A stretch of DNA of 64,000 nt from an uncultured Bacteroidota bacterium (GCA_964602985.1 CAZRTJ010000005.1:73198-137197); one strand, 5' to 3'; numbered from the stretch's first letter, positions 27,737-38,623 are shown. Numbers and translations: made by a program. The notes: a model not told the origin generated them from the sequence alone.

Positions 27737-30682
27737 TCAGCGGTTTCCTTCCAAACCCACGACCCATCGCAATTTCCAATGCGATTCGCCCGGGCCATTC
27801 CGATCCGGATGGGACACCCAGAAGGGAAATTCTGCGCGTACTCGATATGTACCGACCCACGCCGGCACGAGGGGAATTCGATAGGTCAATCCCACTCCCG
27901 CATCCTGCAGAAAGGAACGACGAAAAATGGCGGCATCGGCAAACAGAAAGGGTTGCGACTCCGTGAGCAGTAGAACGGAAGTCTTGAGGATGGACTTGAA
28001 TGGGTTGGACGTTGCGATCTCTCCGTTCACCGCGCCAAGCCACGTCGTTTGGAGGTTCGCTGTGTGATATCCGCTCAGACTTCCCTGCCCGTCCATGTAC
28101 CAATGACGCTGGCCTCGGTTCAACCACAACCGATCCGGTACTGTGCCGCGTGACCGGTAGAACGGACTTGCGAATTGTTCGCGCGGAGAGGCGCCGCTGA
28201 CGTAGAAGCGATCTTGGATGGGAATTTCTCCAAACGCAGCTCCCCCAAAAGCCCGAAGGGACGATTTGATGTGCCGGCCGCCCCCCGGGAGCGGGATCCT
28301 TGCCTCCCCTGTCATTTTCCAAAAAACCGACCGCGTGGATGGCAAGGGCAATTCCGCAGAGACCGACCATCTCGACCGGGCCGATCGTTTCCACGTCACT
28401 ACCAGACGTGAGGTGCGCTCCGAATTCCAGTTTGAGCCGATTGGCAAATACCCGGGCTCATCGAGGTCGTCAAACTGGATCTCCGCGGACAAATCATGAA
28501 TGGGAGAACTACGGAAGGTCGAGCCGTAGATTGTCTTCGAAACTCCGGTCCCGACATGTCGGCGGCCCTCCAGGCGGTATGCGTTTCCATATACCATCGT
28601 CTGCCTACCCCACGAATACACCGGTGTCGAATAGTGAAGTTCAAAGTCTGGTTTTTGAGAAGAAACTCCGTAGTACACACCAGCCCGCAAAGCATGATCC
28701 TTTTCGTCATAGCGGCCGCGCGACTTCCAACCGATGCGAAGCCGATCGAGTCGATTGTACCAAATGGACGGACGATGTTCGATGATATAACTCTCGATCG
28801 TCGCGGGGTATCGCACGGGCATCTGCCAATGGACGTCGAAGGGAACGTATGATGAATTGTTCAGCCGGTTCGTCTCGGGCAGTCGCTGGGTCGTGTCGAT
28901 GCGAACCTCCGAGACCGGTTCGTCCACAGGGATGAGAAACGCTCTGGAAGATTCATTTTGATCCCACTCATCGAGGACACGCAATCCGGAAGGGACCGGA
29001 TGCGTGCGGTGCAGAGGGACACGGAATCCGTACGTCAGGCCGGAACGACCACGAACATACACATCGACGGGCATTCGCAAATCCCCTCGCCGCGCGACCT
29101 GTACACGCACGTTCGGACCGGACGTGGATACGGAGGACAACTCGTAATCGCACGTCTGGGTCGTACGAAGCCACGACTCGAACATCCATTCCAGATTCGA
29201 ATTCAACCGACGTTCAAAAAAACTCCGCATCGTTTTGAGCGACACGTGACGACATCTGTACTCTGCAAAAAACTCTCTCATGCACTGATCCAGCGTGTCC
29301 CGTCCGAGCAAGTACTCCATCGCATTCATGAAGATCTGGCCTTTGTAATACGCACCGTACGAATACGACTCATCCGTCGCAAAGCTGTCGGCATGCGTCG
29401 TCGCGGGCTCTTCAAATCCTCCTTTGGCCCACTGCCGGTATCCGGTTATGGTTTTCACAAAAGCATCCTCTTTCGGAAAATGCTTCTTCTGGAAATCGCC
29501 CTCGTATTCCGACATGGCATAATTCCCAAACACGTGCTCCATGATCCGGGTCGTGTAGTACGAGGTAATGCCTTCATCAAACCAGGCGTCTTTCAGTTCG
29601 TTATTCGCCAGCATGCCTTGAAACCAGTTATGCACGATCTCGTGAGCCATGACACTGGCAAGCGAGAATTCGCCACGATTACCCGTGATGAACGTGAGCG
29701 TTGGATATTCCATGCCCCCGTCGCCGCCCTGGGCCACCGTCAGAATCGGATACGGGTAAGCTCCGACGTGATCTCTCATGTAGTGGAGAATCTTCGTTGC
29801 AAATTCACCGGCGCGTGACCACTTCCCGGCCACCTCGGCGGTATGCAGGAGCCGGACCGTCGTGCCGTCCACGTCGATCTCACGGACGAGGTACTGAGGG
29901 TCGGATCCCCACGCGAAGTCATGAACCGGGCTGGCCGTGTAAGTGTACGTCCGCGTCTGCACGGAATCCTGAATCTTCAACTGATCGGACCAGAAGCCCA
30001 AAATCCGATTCAGTCTGTCCAGCGCATCCGATCCACCGGACGGCCAGCCGGTCGCGCCGACCACGTACGGGGCAGGAACGGTGATCGACACGTCAAACGA
30101 TCCAAATTCTCCGTAAAATTCCCTCGCCAGATACGGTTCGCGGTGCCAACCCTCCTCGTCGTACGCGCAAATCCTGGGATACCATTGCGCCATGGTGTAT
30201 TCAATCCCCTCCCGGCTAACCCATCCCATCCTGCGAATCAGCGCCGGAACCTGAACCGCAAAATCCAGTTCGACGGTGACCGAATCGTCCGGTAACAGAT
30301 TGTGAGTCAATGGCACTGTGAGAATCGTTCCGGAAGTCCGGAAGGGAAGGGATTGTCCATCTGCGAGGCGCGCGGAAGTGACAATGTTCTTTCCATGAAG
30401 CGCCTCGGGGAGGGCATCGATCACGCTCCGGCCGTATCGACGGATTTGGTAGCGGTGCATGTCGCTGTTCCGTTGGAAGGCGTTGACGTAGAGGTGGAAA
30501 TGCAGTTCGCGCAATGTGTCCGGTGAATGATTGATGTAGGTCAGTCGCTCAATTCCCAGGACGAGGCGATGCGCCGGAAAAAGCCGACAGGCAATGGTCG
30601 TTCGAACTTCCTGCTGCCAGTCCGACTGTGCCACAAGATAATTTCCCGTAAACACGAGAAGCGACAACACCCCGCGCGTCAT
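27737..30682 (-). CDS. M1-family zinc metallopeptidase with a ~450-aa C-terminal beta-rich extension (possible outer-membrane barrel)
   Basis: Signal peptide; GGMEY (GAMEN variant); HEIVHNWFQGM...(18)...E gluzincin motif. The C-terminal half has alternating aromatic/hydrophilic beta-strand-like segments. Confidence 0.8.
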   Translation of the reverse strand: MTRGVLSLLVFTGNYLVAQSDWQQEVRTTIACRLFPAHRLVLGIERLTYINHSPDTLRELHFHLYVNAFQRNSDMHRYQIRRYGRSVIDALPEALHGKNIVTSARLADGQSLPFRTSGTILTVPLTHNLLPDDSVTVELDFAVQVPALIRRMGWVSREGIEYTMAQWYPRICAYDEEGWHREPYLAREFYGEFGSFDVSITVPAPYVVGATGWPSGGSDALDRLNRILGFWSDQLKIQDSVQTRTYTYTASPVHDFAWGSDPQYLVREIDVDGTTVRLLHTAEVAGKWSRAGEFATKILHYMRDHVGAYPYPILTVAQGGDGGMEYPTLTFITGNRGEFSLASVMAHEIVHNWFQGMLANNELKDAWFDEGITSYYTTRIMEHVFGNYAMSEYEGDFQKKHFPKEDAFVKTITGYRQWAKGGFEEPATTHADSFATDESYSYGAYYKGQIFMNAMEYLLGRDTLDQCMREFFAEYRCRHVSLKTMRSFFERRLNSNLEWMFESWLRTTQTCDYELSSVSTSGPNVRVQVARRGDLRMPVDVYVRGRSGLTYGFRVPLHRTHPVPSGLRVLDEWDQNESSRAFLIPVDEPVSEVRIDTTQRLPETNRLNNSSYVPFDVHWQMPVRYPATIESYIIEHRPSIWYNRLDRLRIGWKSRGRYDEKDHALRAGVYYGVSSQKPDFELHYSTPVYSWGRQTMVYGNAYRLEGRRHVGTGVSKTIYGSTFRSSPIHDLSAEIQFDDLDEPGYLPIGSNWNSERTSRLVVTWKRSARSRWSVSAELPLPSTRSVFWKMTGEARIPLPGGGRHIKSSLRAFGGAAFGEIPIQDRFYVSGASPREQFASPFYRSRGTVPDRLWLNRGQRHWYMDGQGSLSGYHTANLQTTWLGAVNGEIATSNPFKSILKTSVLLLTESQPFLFADAAIFRRSFLQDAGVGLTYRIPLVPAWVGTYRVRAEFPFWVSHPDRNGPGESHWKLRWVVGLEGNR

Positions 30683-30728
30683 CAGGCCAAGCGCAGATTG
30701 TCTGTAAAACCGTTCTGAATGCGGCGCT

Positions 30729-32801
30729 TCATCGAAGCTTCAGCGCTCCGGACTCCACGGCCGCATCCAGCAAACGGGTCACGTCATCCAGGGTAACGGA
30801 TCCATAATACCATTCTCCCTCACTGATCGACTCCGCACGGACGGCTTTGTAAATTTCGTAATACGATCGTTTTCCGTCGACAAAATTAAAGACCTCCTGC
30901 CTCATGATCGGATGCAACTTGGTTTCGACCGCGAGACGCTGACGAGCGGCGAAGTAGTCTTTCAAGGAGCTCGAATTCGACGGGATCTTGCGCGCGGCTA
31001 GCTCCTCCTCTTTCGTCGGTTTCCAGGGCTGATTGCTCGCACGACGGATAAAGACCAGCGCATCGTCATGTTGCTTTTGGAGATGCGCACGCACATCCGC
31101 GATTCGCTTATTGAAATCGCGGTCATTGACCGAAAATACCTGCGTGGACTCGATGGCCCGGAGACCGCGTTGCAGTGCCTGTTCCACGAGTAACTCCGCG
31201 TCCCGGATCGAGGCGGGATTTCGCACGATCATCTGAAGCGCGGTCTGCACGTCTCGACTGAAATGACGCGTGGCCTGTCCGTGGGTCACGGCCAGGATCA
31301 TGGGAGCCTGTGTCCCATCCGCGCGTCCGAGGACGTACGCGAGCGAGGCGATGATAAATGCGTTTCGCTCCAACTGCGTCGCGTCGATCTGCCACAGATC
31401 GTCGTCCGACGAATGAATGTACGAGTCATCCCAGTTGATCAAAGCCACAGCCGGCACCCCGATAATACCCTCGACGAAACACATGTTATCGGATGATCCA
31501 AAGTACGGAACGAAGGCGGCCGTGTATCCTTCCCGCGTACCCCGCGTCGCATAGATCGGCCTAGTGAACGGGCGCGGAAAGCCTCCCGAACGACTGGCGG
31601 CCAGAAAGGCCGTGTTCGTTTGGATCACATACATCCCGATGTCTTCGAAAAGCGCATCCAGATAGGAGCGTCGGCTGTGCGGCGCGTAAATCAGATGCTG
31701 CACACGACTCCCGGCGGACAGACGAGCGCCCACCATATCCTGGTGGAGATTGACGAGGAATTTCTTCGGTTCATCCGGATGCTCTTTGAACCACTCGTAT
31801 TCCGAATAGATTTCGTCGGTCCACCAAAATCGGATGTCGCGCAACGGGCGCTGCATTTTGCCCTCCTCGATCAGTTTCTTCATCGTGCGGCCGATCTCGA
31901 GGATATTTCCGCAGCCGCTGCCGTCGTCATTGGCGGAACCTTGTTCCTCCTGGAGGTGCGCGGTCAGGACAATCTGTTGGTCATGGTATTTTGTGCCACG
32001 GATCCACGCTTCGACAAATCCCGTTCGTCCGGGAGTGGCCGAAACTTCTGTTTCGATTCTGGCGCGCACGACCACTCGCCCCCCGCGGACCTTTTTCCCC
32101 ATGGCAAAAAAGTCTTTCGTTTCGTCGCTGTGCAGAAATTCCCGAAGGGTGTTCCCAAGTCGCGGGGAAATAGAAAAGGCAAACGTGGGTCGAGTGGAGT
32201 CGTACGGGATGCGTGTCCACGCTATCTGGTCCGGAAAATCCAACGGGGAGCGACCCTCGCTGGTTTCATACGAGATGACGCCGATGGCCCCTTGTTTCCA
32301 TACCGCCCGCCGAACCGCGCCGAATGCGCTCCGGCTGGTCAGTACGATCTTGCCGCGGAGGTCTGTGTCCATCCGGTTCCCGGCCTCTTCATCTCCGATC
32401 CACACCACTTCCGCCGTGGTATCGGCGCTGGAACTGCCATCTGCGAGGATCGTCGCATGATCGCCCAGGTCGGCGAGCTTCACCTCCATCGGTTCGACCA
32501 TCCACAATTCGGCTCGGCGCGCCGTGTAGTTGGGATGATTGAGTCTTTGTTCGATGAACTGTACGTCTTCGAGTCCGGCGGATTTGGCGGACTCCATGAT
32601 GTAGTCGGCGGCCTTGAAATATCCGTCCATGCCGGAATCTCGATGCCAACGGGACAGCACGCGAATGTGTTCAAACGAACGATCGCCGGAGAGTTCATTC
32701 ACCAGCATGTTGATTTCGTCGTTGTTGAGAAGTGCGGTCGACTGGGCCCACAGTCCCGCCGACAAGGACAGCCACAAACAAAGGCATGAGAGGAAGCGCA
32801 T
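30729..32801 (-). CDS. M28-family zinc peptidase with PA domain
   Basis: Signal peptide; AHLQEEQGSANDDGSGCG zinc-ligand region typical of M28; PA-domain-like insert. Confidence 0.8.
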   Translation of the reverse strand: MRFLSCLCLWLSLSAGLWAQSTALLNNDEINMLVNELSGDRSFEHIRVLSRWHRDSGMDGYFKAADYIMESAKSAGLEDVQFIEQRLNHPNYTARRAELWMVEPMEVKLADLGDHATILADGSSSADTTAEVVWIGDEEAGNRMDTDLRGKIVLTSRSAFGAVRRAVWKQGAIGVISYETSEGRSPLDFPDQIAWTRIPYDSTRPTFAFSISPRLGNTLREFLHSDETKDFFAMGKKVRGGRVVVRARIETEVSATPGRTGFVEAWIRGTKYHDQQIVLTAHLQEEQGSANDDGSGCGNILEIGRTMKKLIEEGKMQRPLRDIRFWWTDEIYSEYEWFKEHPDEPKKFLVNLHQDMVGARLSAGSRVQHLIYAPHSRRSYLDALFEDIGMYVIQTNTAFLAASRSGGFPRPFTRPIYATRGTREGYTAAFVPYFGSSDNMCFVEGIIGVPAVALINWDDSYIHSSDDDLWQIDATQLERNAFIIASLAYVLGRADGTQAPMILAVTHGQATRHFSRDVQTALQMIVRNPASIRDAELLVEQALQRGLRAIESTQVFSVNDRDFNKRIADVRAHLQKQHDDALVFIRRASNQPWKPTKEEELAARKIPSNSSSLKDYFAARQRLAVETKLHPIMRQEVFNFVDGKRSYYEIYKAVRAESISEGEWYYGSVTLDDVTRLLDAAVESGALKLR

Positions 32802-32811
32802 ACGATCTCCT

Positions 32812-33552
32812 TTATTTTTCCGTCAATTTGGAATGCAATTGAACCGGCGATTGAACCCTTTTCATTCGCAGATTGAGCATCTCCACCAGGATCGAAAACG
32901 CCATGGCAAAGTAGATGTATCCTTTGGAGATGTGCTGGTCCAGCCCTTCAGCGATGAGCGTGACGCCGATCAATAGCAGGAAGGCCAGGGCGAGCATCTT
33001 CACCGTCGGATGACCTTCGACAAAACGACTGATGGCGCCCGCAAAGATCATCATGAAGATCACTGCGATGACCACCGCCAGGATCATCACCATGATTTCA
33101 TTGGCCATTCCGACAGCCGTGATCACGGAATCGAGCGAGAAGACAATGTCCAGAAGGAGAATCTGGATGATCGTTCCGGCAAAAGACGCCGCGCCCTTTG
33201 CGGAATCCGATCCGTGAGGACCTTCCAATTTCGCGTGAATCTCGTGGGTGCTCTTTGCAAGGAGGAACAGACCGCCGATCAGTAGAATGAGATCACGACC
33301 GGAAATCTCCTGAGCGAGGACGGTGAATAAAGGATCGATGAGGCGCATGATCCAGGTCAAGGACATGAGCAAACCCACTCGGGTGACCATCGCCAGGGCC
33401 AGACCCAGCATTCGAGCGCGAGCCTGCTGTTCCGACGGCAGTTTGCCGCTGAGAATGGAGATGAAAATGATATTGTCGATGCCCAGTACGATTTCGAGCA
33501 CCGTCAACGTCAGCAGGGCGATCCACGATTCGGGTTGAGCGATCCATTCCAT
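32812..33552 (-). CDS. TerC-family integral membrane protein
   Basis: VLEIVLGIDNIIFISIL and the repeated TerC membrane motifs. Confidence 0.85.
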   Translation of the reverse strand: MEWIAQPESWIALLTLTVLEIVLGIDNIIFISILSGKLPSEQQARARMLGLALAMVTRVGLLMSLTWIMRLIDPLFTVLAQEISGRDLILLIGGLFLLAKSTHEIHAKLEGPHGSDSAKGAASFAGTIIQILLLDIVFSLDSVITAVGMANEIMVMILAVVIAVIFMMIFAGAISRFVEGHPTVKMLALAFLLLIGVTLIAEGLDQHISKGYIYFAMAFSILVEMLNLRMKRVQSPVQLHSKLTEK

Positions 33553-33614
33553 ACTTGACCTCGAGGGTTAGGATTTCGTCGATATGATGAAAATTGGGTT
33601 ATGACATTCTTGTT

Positions 33615-35327
33615 TCATCCGGCCACTTTTTTTACACGATATACGGCGATCGGCTGGTTGTATGTTTTCTCCAAAAAGTCCTCAGAGATCTTTTCGAATC
33701 GCAGGGACAGCCCGTAAAATTCAAGGCAGTATCGCTGCAGCAGGTCATTGTAATCGGGAGAGGACGCCAAGAGAAGTCTGGATTCGCTCCGTGCGGCGGC
33801 ACGCATGACATCCCCCAACGACGCACGACCCGAGAGGCGTTCTAGTCGGTCGCGAACGTAAGAATACCGTGTAGTCCAGCCCGAGCAAACGGTCACAGAG
33901 GTCTCGGGAGAATCCCAAAGAGACTTTCCGAAGACAGGGAACCCTGTCCACAGGTGCATCGCGTGGCCAATGAAAAGCAGATCAGCGCCTGGGTATTCGT
34001 TCTGCAAGAGCTGTAGCGTTTGCATGTTCACCTGGGCGCGTGATTTCAGGAAGGTCCGCTGCTGCGTCTGTCGCCAAGACGCGACCAGCAGAGTCGATCC
34101 CAGGATTGCCATGGCGAGTGCTCGCCCCAGGCGAGGAAAACGGGTGTGAGCCCGCGGACGGATCATGAAGAAGTGTCCCAATGTGTAAAGGACGATGGCG
34201 GGCTCCGCGACCCGATTTCGCATGCGAAGAAACACTTCGACTGTGCAAAGCAATATCCAGAATCCAACGTGATACGATGCATAAACCCCCGAGTGTTTCC
34301 AACGCCCTGTCTCGCCGCGAATACGGATCCAAAACATCCCCAGGAAAAGCACATTCAACCCAAGCACCAACATGTTGTTCTTGACCAACAGGCGAATCTG
34401 GCGAAAGAGAGAGTGCCCAATCGACTGCCACGCAATCGTCGGAACGCTCTCATCGATCCTCTGCTGCCATCCAGATAAGATTTCAGCCGTCAGAACATCG
34501 CGATCCCACATCACACCCTTAACCACCGACTCCTCGATCAGTTTGCTCCTCAGATCCTTTCCGATGGGATCTCTCGGTTGTACCGCATAATCGTTGATCG
34601 CGACAAGTGTCCGGTGATCCGTGGTGGAAATGGCGCGATCCAGCGGGAGCCATTGCAGGCTGAGGGACAGGACGTATAGGACGACTCCTGCCGGAATCAC
34701 CCGCCACGATGTGCGCACCCAATTACCCAAAATGACACTTCTGCAGACGGTCGCAAGAGCGATGATGAGGTATGCAAGCAGGACCGATTCCGGTCGGACC
34801 AGGAGAACGACGAAGACCAACCCCCATTGGGCGTATACACCAGGACCCCGGGCCTTCCACAAGAAGAGAATGGCGAATGCACTACCTGCGGTCAGGATGC
34901 AGACTCGTGTAAAGTTTAACAACACGACCGAGTTACCTGAAGCCAAGGTAGCCAGCACCAGCAGACCGAGCGCTTGCTGCCAGAAGGGAAATCGACTCTT
35001 GGTGGACATCAGAAAGACGTACGCGACATTTGCCAATCCGGAGGCTAGCATGGCATAGCAAAAAAGACCATACCAGGGAATTCCGGGAAGCATCTGATAC
35101 AGCCTGGCCATCACCTCGCCGACACCGTAAAACCAAAAACCGGTGCTTCCGACGGGTCGATCTAGAATGGCCCCACGCATCATGAGCTCAAACAGCGGAT
35201 CGTCCTGTGTTTCGAAATACAATCCGACCAGTGCACGGATCAGAACGATAACGACTACGGCCAGCGCAAACATCTGCACCCATGGCAGGCGAACGCCCAG
35301 AAACACTCCTTGCTCCGAACGCTTCAC
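33615..35327 (-). CDS. Large polytopic membrane protein of unknown function; last gene of the glycosylation-like operon
   Basis: More than 10 predicted TM segments. Its start overlaps the stop of the upstream gene by 4 nt. No recognisable family. Confidence 0.55.
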   Translation of the reverse strand: MKRSEQGVFLGVRLPWVQMFALAVVVIVLIRALVGLYFETQDDPLFELMMRGAILDRPVGSTGFWFYGVGEVMARLYQMLPGIPWYGLFCYAMLASGLANVAYVFLMSTKSRFPFWQQALGLLVLATLASGNSVVLLNFTRVCILTAGSAFAILFLWKARGPGVYAQWGLVFVVLLVRPESVLLAYLIIALATVCRSVILGNWVRTSWRVIPAGVVLYVLSLSLQWLPLDRAISTTDHRTLVAINDYAVQPRDPIGKDLRSKLIEESVVKGVMWDRDVLTAEILSGWQQRIDESVPTIAWQSIGHSLFRQIRLLVKNNMLVLGLNVLFLGMFWIRIRGETGRWKHSGVYASYHVGFWILLCTVEVFLRMRNRVAEPAIVLYTLGHFFMIRPRAHTRFPRLGRALAMAILGSTLLVASWRQTQQRTFLKSRAQVNMQTLQLLQNEYPGADLLFIGHAMHLWTGFPVFGKSLWDSPETSVTVCSGWTTRYSYVRDRLERLSGRASLGDVMRAAARSESRLLLASSPDYNDLLQRYCLEFYGLSLRFEKISEDFLEKTYNQPIAVYRVKKVAG

Positions 35328-37348
35328 TTCCGCCTCAGGATTTGAATGCCGCTGTCCAAAAAGGCGGGCTCCAGCATGGTCTGCCAGTCAAAATGCAGTG
35401 AATCGGTCGATCTCAGGTAGATATACTCGATGTCGTAATTCACGAGGATGGCCTGGGCGCTGTCCAAAGAGCGCGTGTCGTAAAACGTGTGAACATCGCG
35501 GCGCACTCGCGACAGGCGCTCCATGTAGGGTTTGTCCTTTTCAGCGAAAGCAAAAACATAGGCCACGCCTTCGGTGACAACGGGTTTTCTCGAAAAGACT
35601 TGCACAGCCATATACGATTCGTCACCCGGCTCAGAGAGATCGTAGTATTTCGTGAGAATGCGCCCCTGCCCCGGAGCGGTGCGAAGAAATTCAAAGCTCT
35701 TCATCGTCGCGCGGTCCAGGATCAGGCGGGTGCCCGATGCACCGTTGAGTCCGACGACTGCAAACGACCAGACGCCGGATAACATCAAGAGCAGGGAGAC
35801 ACCGGCCCAACAACGAGGCACCCATCCCTTCCGAGAAAAAAACGAAGAGAGTCGCTCGACGGAGTAGATATTCAAGATGAAGATGATTAAAAGAAAAAAC
35901 CACATCGAATCGTGTTTACGCAATTCGTTGGCCGTGAGAACGAATGCTCCCATACCGCCAAGAATGCTGAAAAGAAGAAATGTGTGGCCATCCGGTTGAT
36001 GAGCGATATTGCGCAATCTCATCCGGGAAATGAAATAGGACAGACCCAGCCAGCGGAAGTGAAGCAGGCCGAGGTAGTAAACAAGGAGGGTCAGAACAAA
36101 CCATCCGACGCCCTTCATCGACTGGGGAAATCCATGTTGAACCACTTCGGCACGGAGACTTTCACTGATCAAATGAGAGCGAACGCCAAAGTTTAGTGGA
36201 AAGAACCATTCGGAAAAGCGAACACCGTTGCGAGCCTCTGATGCAGAGTCCCAGAAGATAGGTATGCTGAGAATCACGACCCATCCGGCAAGCAACAGCA
36301 TGTGACGGCGCCGGAATCGAACTACTTGCAGAACCGCGACCACGCATAACGCCGACACACCGACAAGAAAGGCCGTAATCTTTGCCTTGATCATGAAAAC
36401 CCAGCCGATCAAGCACAGGAAGAACCAGAGTTTGGCGGGCTGTCGATCATAGAGAATCGTGGTTCCGCACAGCCCGCAGAATAGTCCCGTAGAAAAAAGA
36501 TAAGAGGGATTGTGAAAGAGCTGAAACTGCGTGATGATCGGGGTCCACACCGACAGAAAAGTCGGATACCCGGATCCGAACCACGCTTCGCCTTCCACCA
36601 CCACTCCACGAACCCACAAAATCAGCGCCGAAGGATCGAAACAGAACAATGTCACAAAAACGGCACCGAGCGCAATGCGGTGGCGGTTCCAAAGTAGTCG
36701 GGTCAAACCGTACACATGAATCGCCAGCATCATCATGCAAAGCGGAACAAAAAAATAAACGTACAGAACAAAATGGTTGGTCACACCAGCGGACGATGAA
36801 AACAAGTGAATAAAGAGATTGGCAAAATAGTGGTAATGACTCCGATCCGCAGGAACGGCATGAATCGTCTGAGGAAGCACGTCATAGTCCAAGTCCGCGA
36901 CGATTGTCAGATGGTGCATCACCTCGGTTGCAAACAGGTCGTAGGCCTCCAGCCGGTCTCCTGTTAAGCCGTTCCGGAATAGATAAGGCGTGATTCCCAC
37001 AAAGAACGCAAGAATCAACACGCCAAAGACTGCGGACCGGAAATGTACCAGCTTCCAGAAGAAGCCTCCAAAAATCGCAAACGTTCTGTTCGTGCGACAT
37101 TGAATGAGAACAATCGTCAGAACGACACCCGGCACACCCACCACGCACAACAGCGCCGCCACCGGCGACGGCAAGAAAAACCGGAGGATCCAATACAGTG
37201 TGGTGGAACCCACGACGGCAATCGTGAGTGACACGGACAAGATCGTGCCGGCCGGAACATCCAGATTTCTGGTCAGGTACACACATGCAGCCAGGCAACA
37301 AGCCGTCAGGAACAGAAAGAAGACATAAGGTAGGATGGACTCAGCCAT
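35324..37348 (-). CDS. Polytopic membrane protein with ~200-aa C-terminal soluble domain; paralogue of 38620-40560; putative GT-C-type glycosyltransferase
   Basis: Shares with its paralogue EVMHHL, Y(H/Y)FFANxFI, YVYFFxP, QFQxxNNPSYL and KAKITxFL. Start chosen at MAESILPYVFF, which couples to the small upstream ORF. Confidence 0.6.
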   Translation of the reverse strand: MAESILPYVFFLFLTACCLAACVYLTRNLDVPAGTILSVSLTIAVVGSTTLYWILRFFLPSPVAALLCVVGVPGVVLTIVLIQCRTNRTFAIFGGFFWKLVHFRSAVFGVLILAFFVGITPYLFRNGLTGDRLEAYDLFATEVMHHLTIVADLDYDVLPQTIHAVPADRSHYHYFANLFIHLFSSSAGVTNHFVLYVYFFVPLCMMMLAIHVYGLTRLLWNRHRIALGAVFVTLFCFDPSALILWVRGVVVEGEAWFGSGYPTFLSVWTPIITQFQLFHNPSYLFSTGLFCGLCGTTILYDRQPAKLWFFLCLIGWVFMIKAKITAFLVGVSALCVVAVLQVVRFRRRHMLLLAGWVVILSIPIFWDSASEARNGVRFSEWFFPLNFGVRSHLISESLRAEVVQHGFPQSMKGVGWFVLTLLVYYLGLLHFRWLGLSYFISRMRLRNIAHQPDGHTFLLFSILGGMGAFVLTANELRKHDSMWFFLLIIFILNIYSVERLSSFFSRKGWVPRCWAGVSLLLMLSGVWSFAVVGLNGASGTRLILDRATMKSFEFLRTAPGQGRILTKYYDLSEPGDESYMAVQVFSRKPVVTEGVAYVFAFAEKDKPYMERLSRVRRDVHTFYDTRSLDSAQAILVNYDIEYIYLRSTDSLHFDWQTMLEPAFLDSGIQILRRK

Positions 37349-37637
37349 GAAGGTTGGATCTTGTGATATGTCCGGCTTGTCGCAATCCCGTAAGACCAAT
37401 CGCGGAGACGATGCCCGCACCGGCAATGCCGGCGAGTAGGCCTGTCAGGGATCCCGCCAGAGACCCGGCCAACGCACCAGCCACCAGCCAGCACAAAGCG
37501 CCGAGCGTTAACATGTGAAGTGTCCGGCGTGAGGGCGAAACAACGAGCAGGACCACTCCCACCATGCAGTACAAAACGACACCCAGGACAACACAAGTCA
37601 CCCATACCCCATCCGCCGTCAGATACTTTCCAATCAC
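37341..37637 (-). CDS. Small two-TM glycine-zipper membrane protein
   Basis: GTG start overlapping the upstream stop. AGALAGSLAGSLTGLLAGIAGAGIVSAIGLTG is a GxxxG zipper. Weak; could be a frame artefact. Confidence 0.4.
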   Translation of the reverse strand: MIGKYLTADGVWVTCVVLGVVLYCMVGVVLLVVSPSRRTLHMLTLGALCWLVAGALAGSLAGSLTGLLAGIAGAGIVSAIGLTGLRQAGHITRSNLHG

Positions 37638-38623
37638 TTCGACACCGACAGTATTTTCCTGATCAGGTCCGCATCGTTGGGCAGCAGGCCCGCCTCAGTC
37701 AGCCGTGATACCAGGATCGCCCAATTTTTGTCTTTGGAAAAAATCTCCTTGAAAATCGGAAGAGATTCATCCAGACGCTTCATGTTCACCAACGAAACGG
37801 CGTACCAAAATTTCATTTCCAGATTGTCCGGAAACATCTTCTGTGCGGCCAGGTATTCTGCGAGCGCCTGTTCTTCGTTGTGATTTTCCACGGCCAGATC
37901 TCCGGCGTTCATGTGCTCGTAGGCTTCGTGTACTCGGAGGAGTCGGCGCAATTCCCGCAGCGGTTCGGCATGATCCTCAACGCGAAGTTCCATCACGCGA
38001 TCGGCCCACGGCCGGCCCGTCGAGCGACTCTTGACAATCAGGATCGCCGCGGATTGTTTTCCGCGGATATCTCCTCCTGCTCCCTCTGCGGCCTCCAAGG
38101 CTCGCATCAGGCGTTCGGCCAGCGGACCGTTTGCGGATTCGTACGCCTGCGACATCGCGCCCCAAATTCTGTCATTGAGCATCAGATTTGCTTGGACCGC
38201 GTACCCGCGTCCAACGATATGCCCGGCCGATGCAATGCAATTCCTCCCCGTGTGTACGGCCACATTCCCCTGTGCATCCACCATCGCGACCTGCCGAACG
38301 TCGCGCCCCGGATCCCCCGCCACCAGCGATTCCAGCGCCTGATTTGCGGTTTTGCCTGCTCGCATCAACTCCAATCCCAGCTTGCCGTACGAAGGATCGA
38401 CAAACGACTGAGTCGCGACGGCGCCCACTCCCGCTTCCGCCCAGGTGACCAGCGATCCCACAGAGAACCAGTGCGACTGGACGGCCACTCCCATTTCCCC
38501 GGTCACGGAGTCCCTGGCAACGATCGAGTATGTGTGAATGGGACGGAGGGAACTTTGAGCGAGCAAGTCGCAGGTGAGAGCGATCGTCAAACAGAACACA
38601 CGCATAGGAAGTCCTTTCGTCAT
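37634..38623 (-). CDS. Secreted DUF1028-family (Ntn-hydrolase-like) protein
   Basis: Signal peptide, then TYSIVARD..., the characteristic start of DUF1028 proteins. ATGA overlap with the upstream gene. Confidence 0.7.
   Translation of the reverse strand: MTKGLPMRVFCLTIALTCDLLAQSSLRPIHTYSIVARDSVTGEMGVAVQSHWFSVGSLVTWAEAGVGAVATQSFVDPSYGKLGLELMRAGKTANQALESLVAGDPGRDVRQVAMVDAQGNVAVHTGRNCIASAGHIVGRGYAVQANLMLNDRIWGAMSQAYESANGPLAERLMRALEAAEGAGGDIRGKQSAAILIVKSRSTGRPWADRVMELRVEDHAEPLRELRRLLRVHEAYEHMNAGDLAVENHNEEQALAEYLAAQKMFPDNLEMKFWYAVSLVNMKRLDESLPIFKEIFSKDKNWAILVSRLTEAGLLPNDADLIRKILSVSK

Noticed and set aside
27540-28394. 284-aa minus-strand ORF called in the track
   Set aside because: Its first 220 codons are an alternative frame inside the M1 peptidase gene. 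Only the C-terminal ~45 codons beyond the M1 stop are free-standing; those are reported separately as a low-confidence zinc-ribbon finding.
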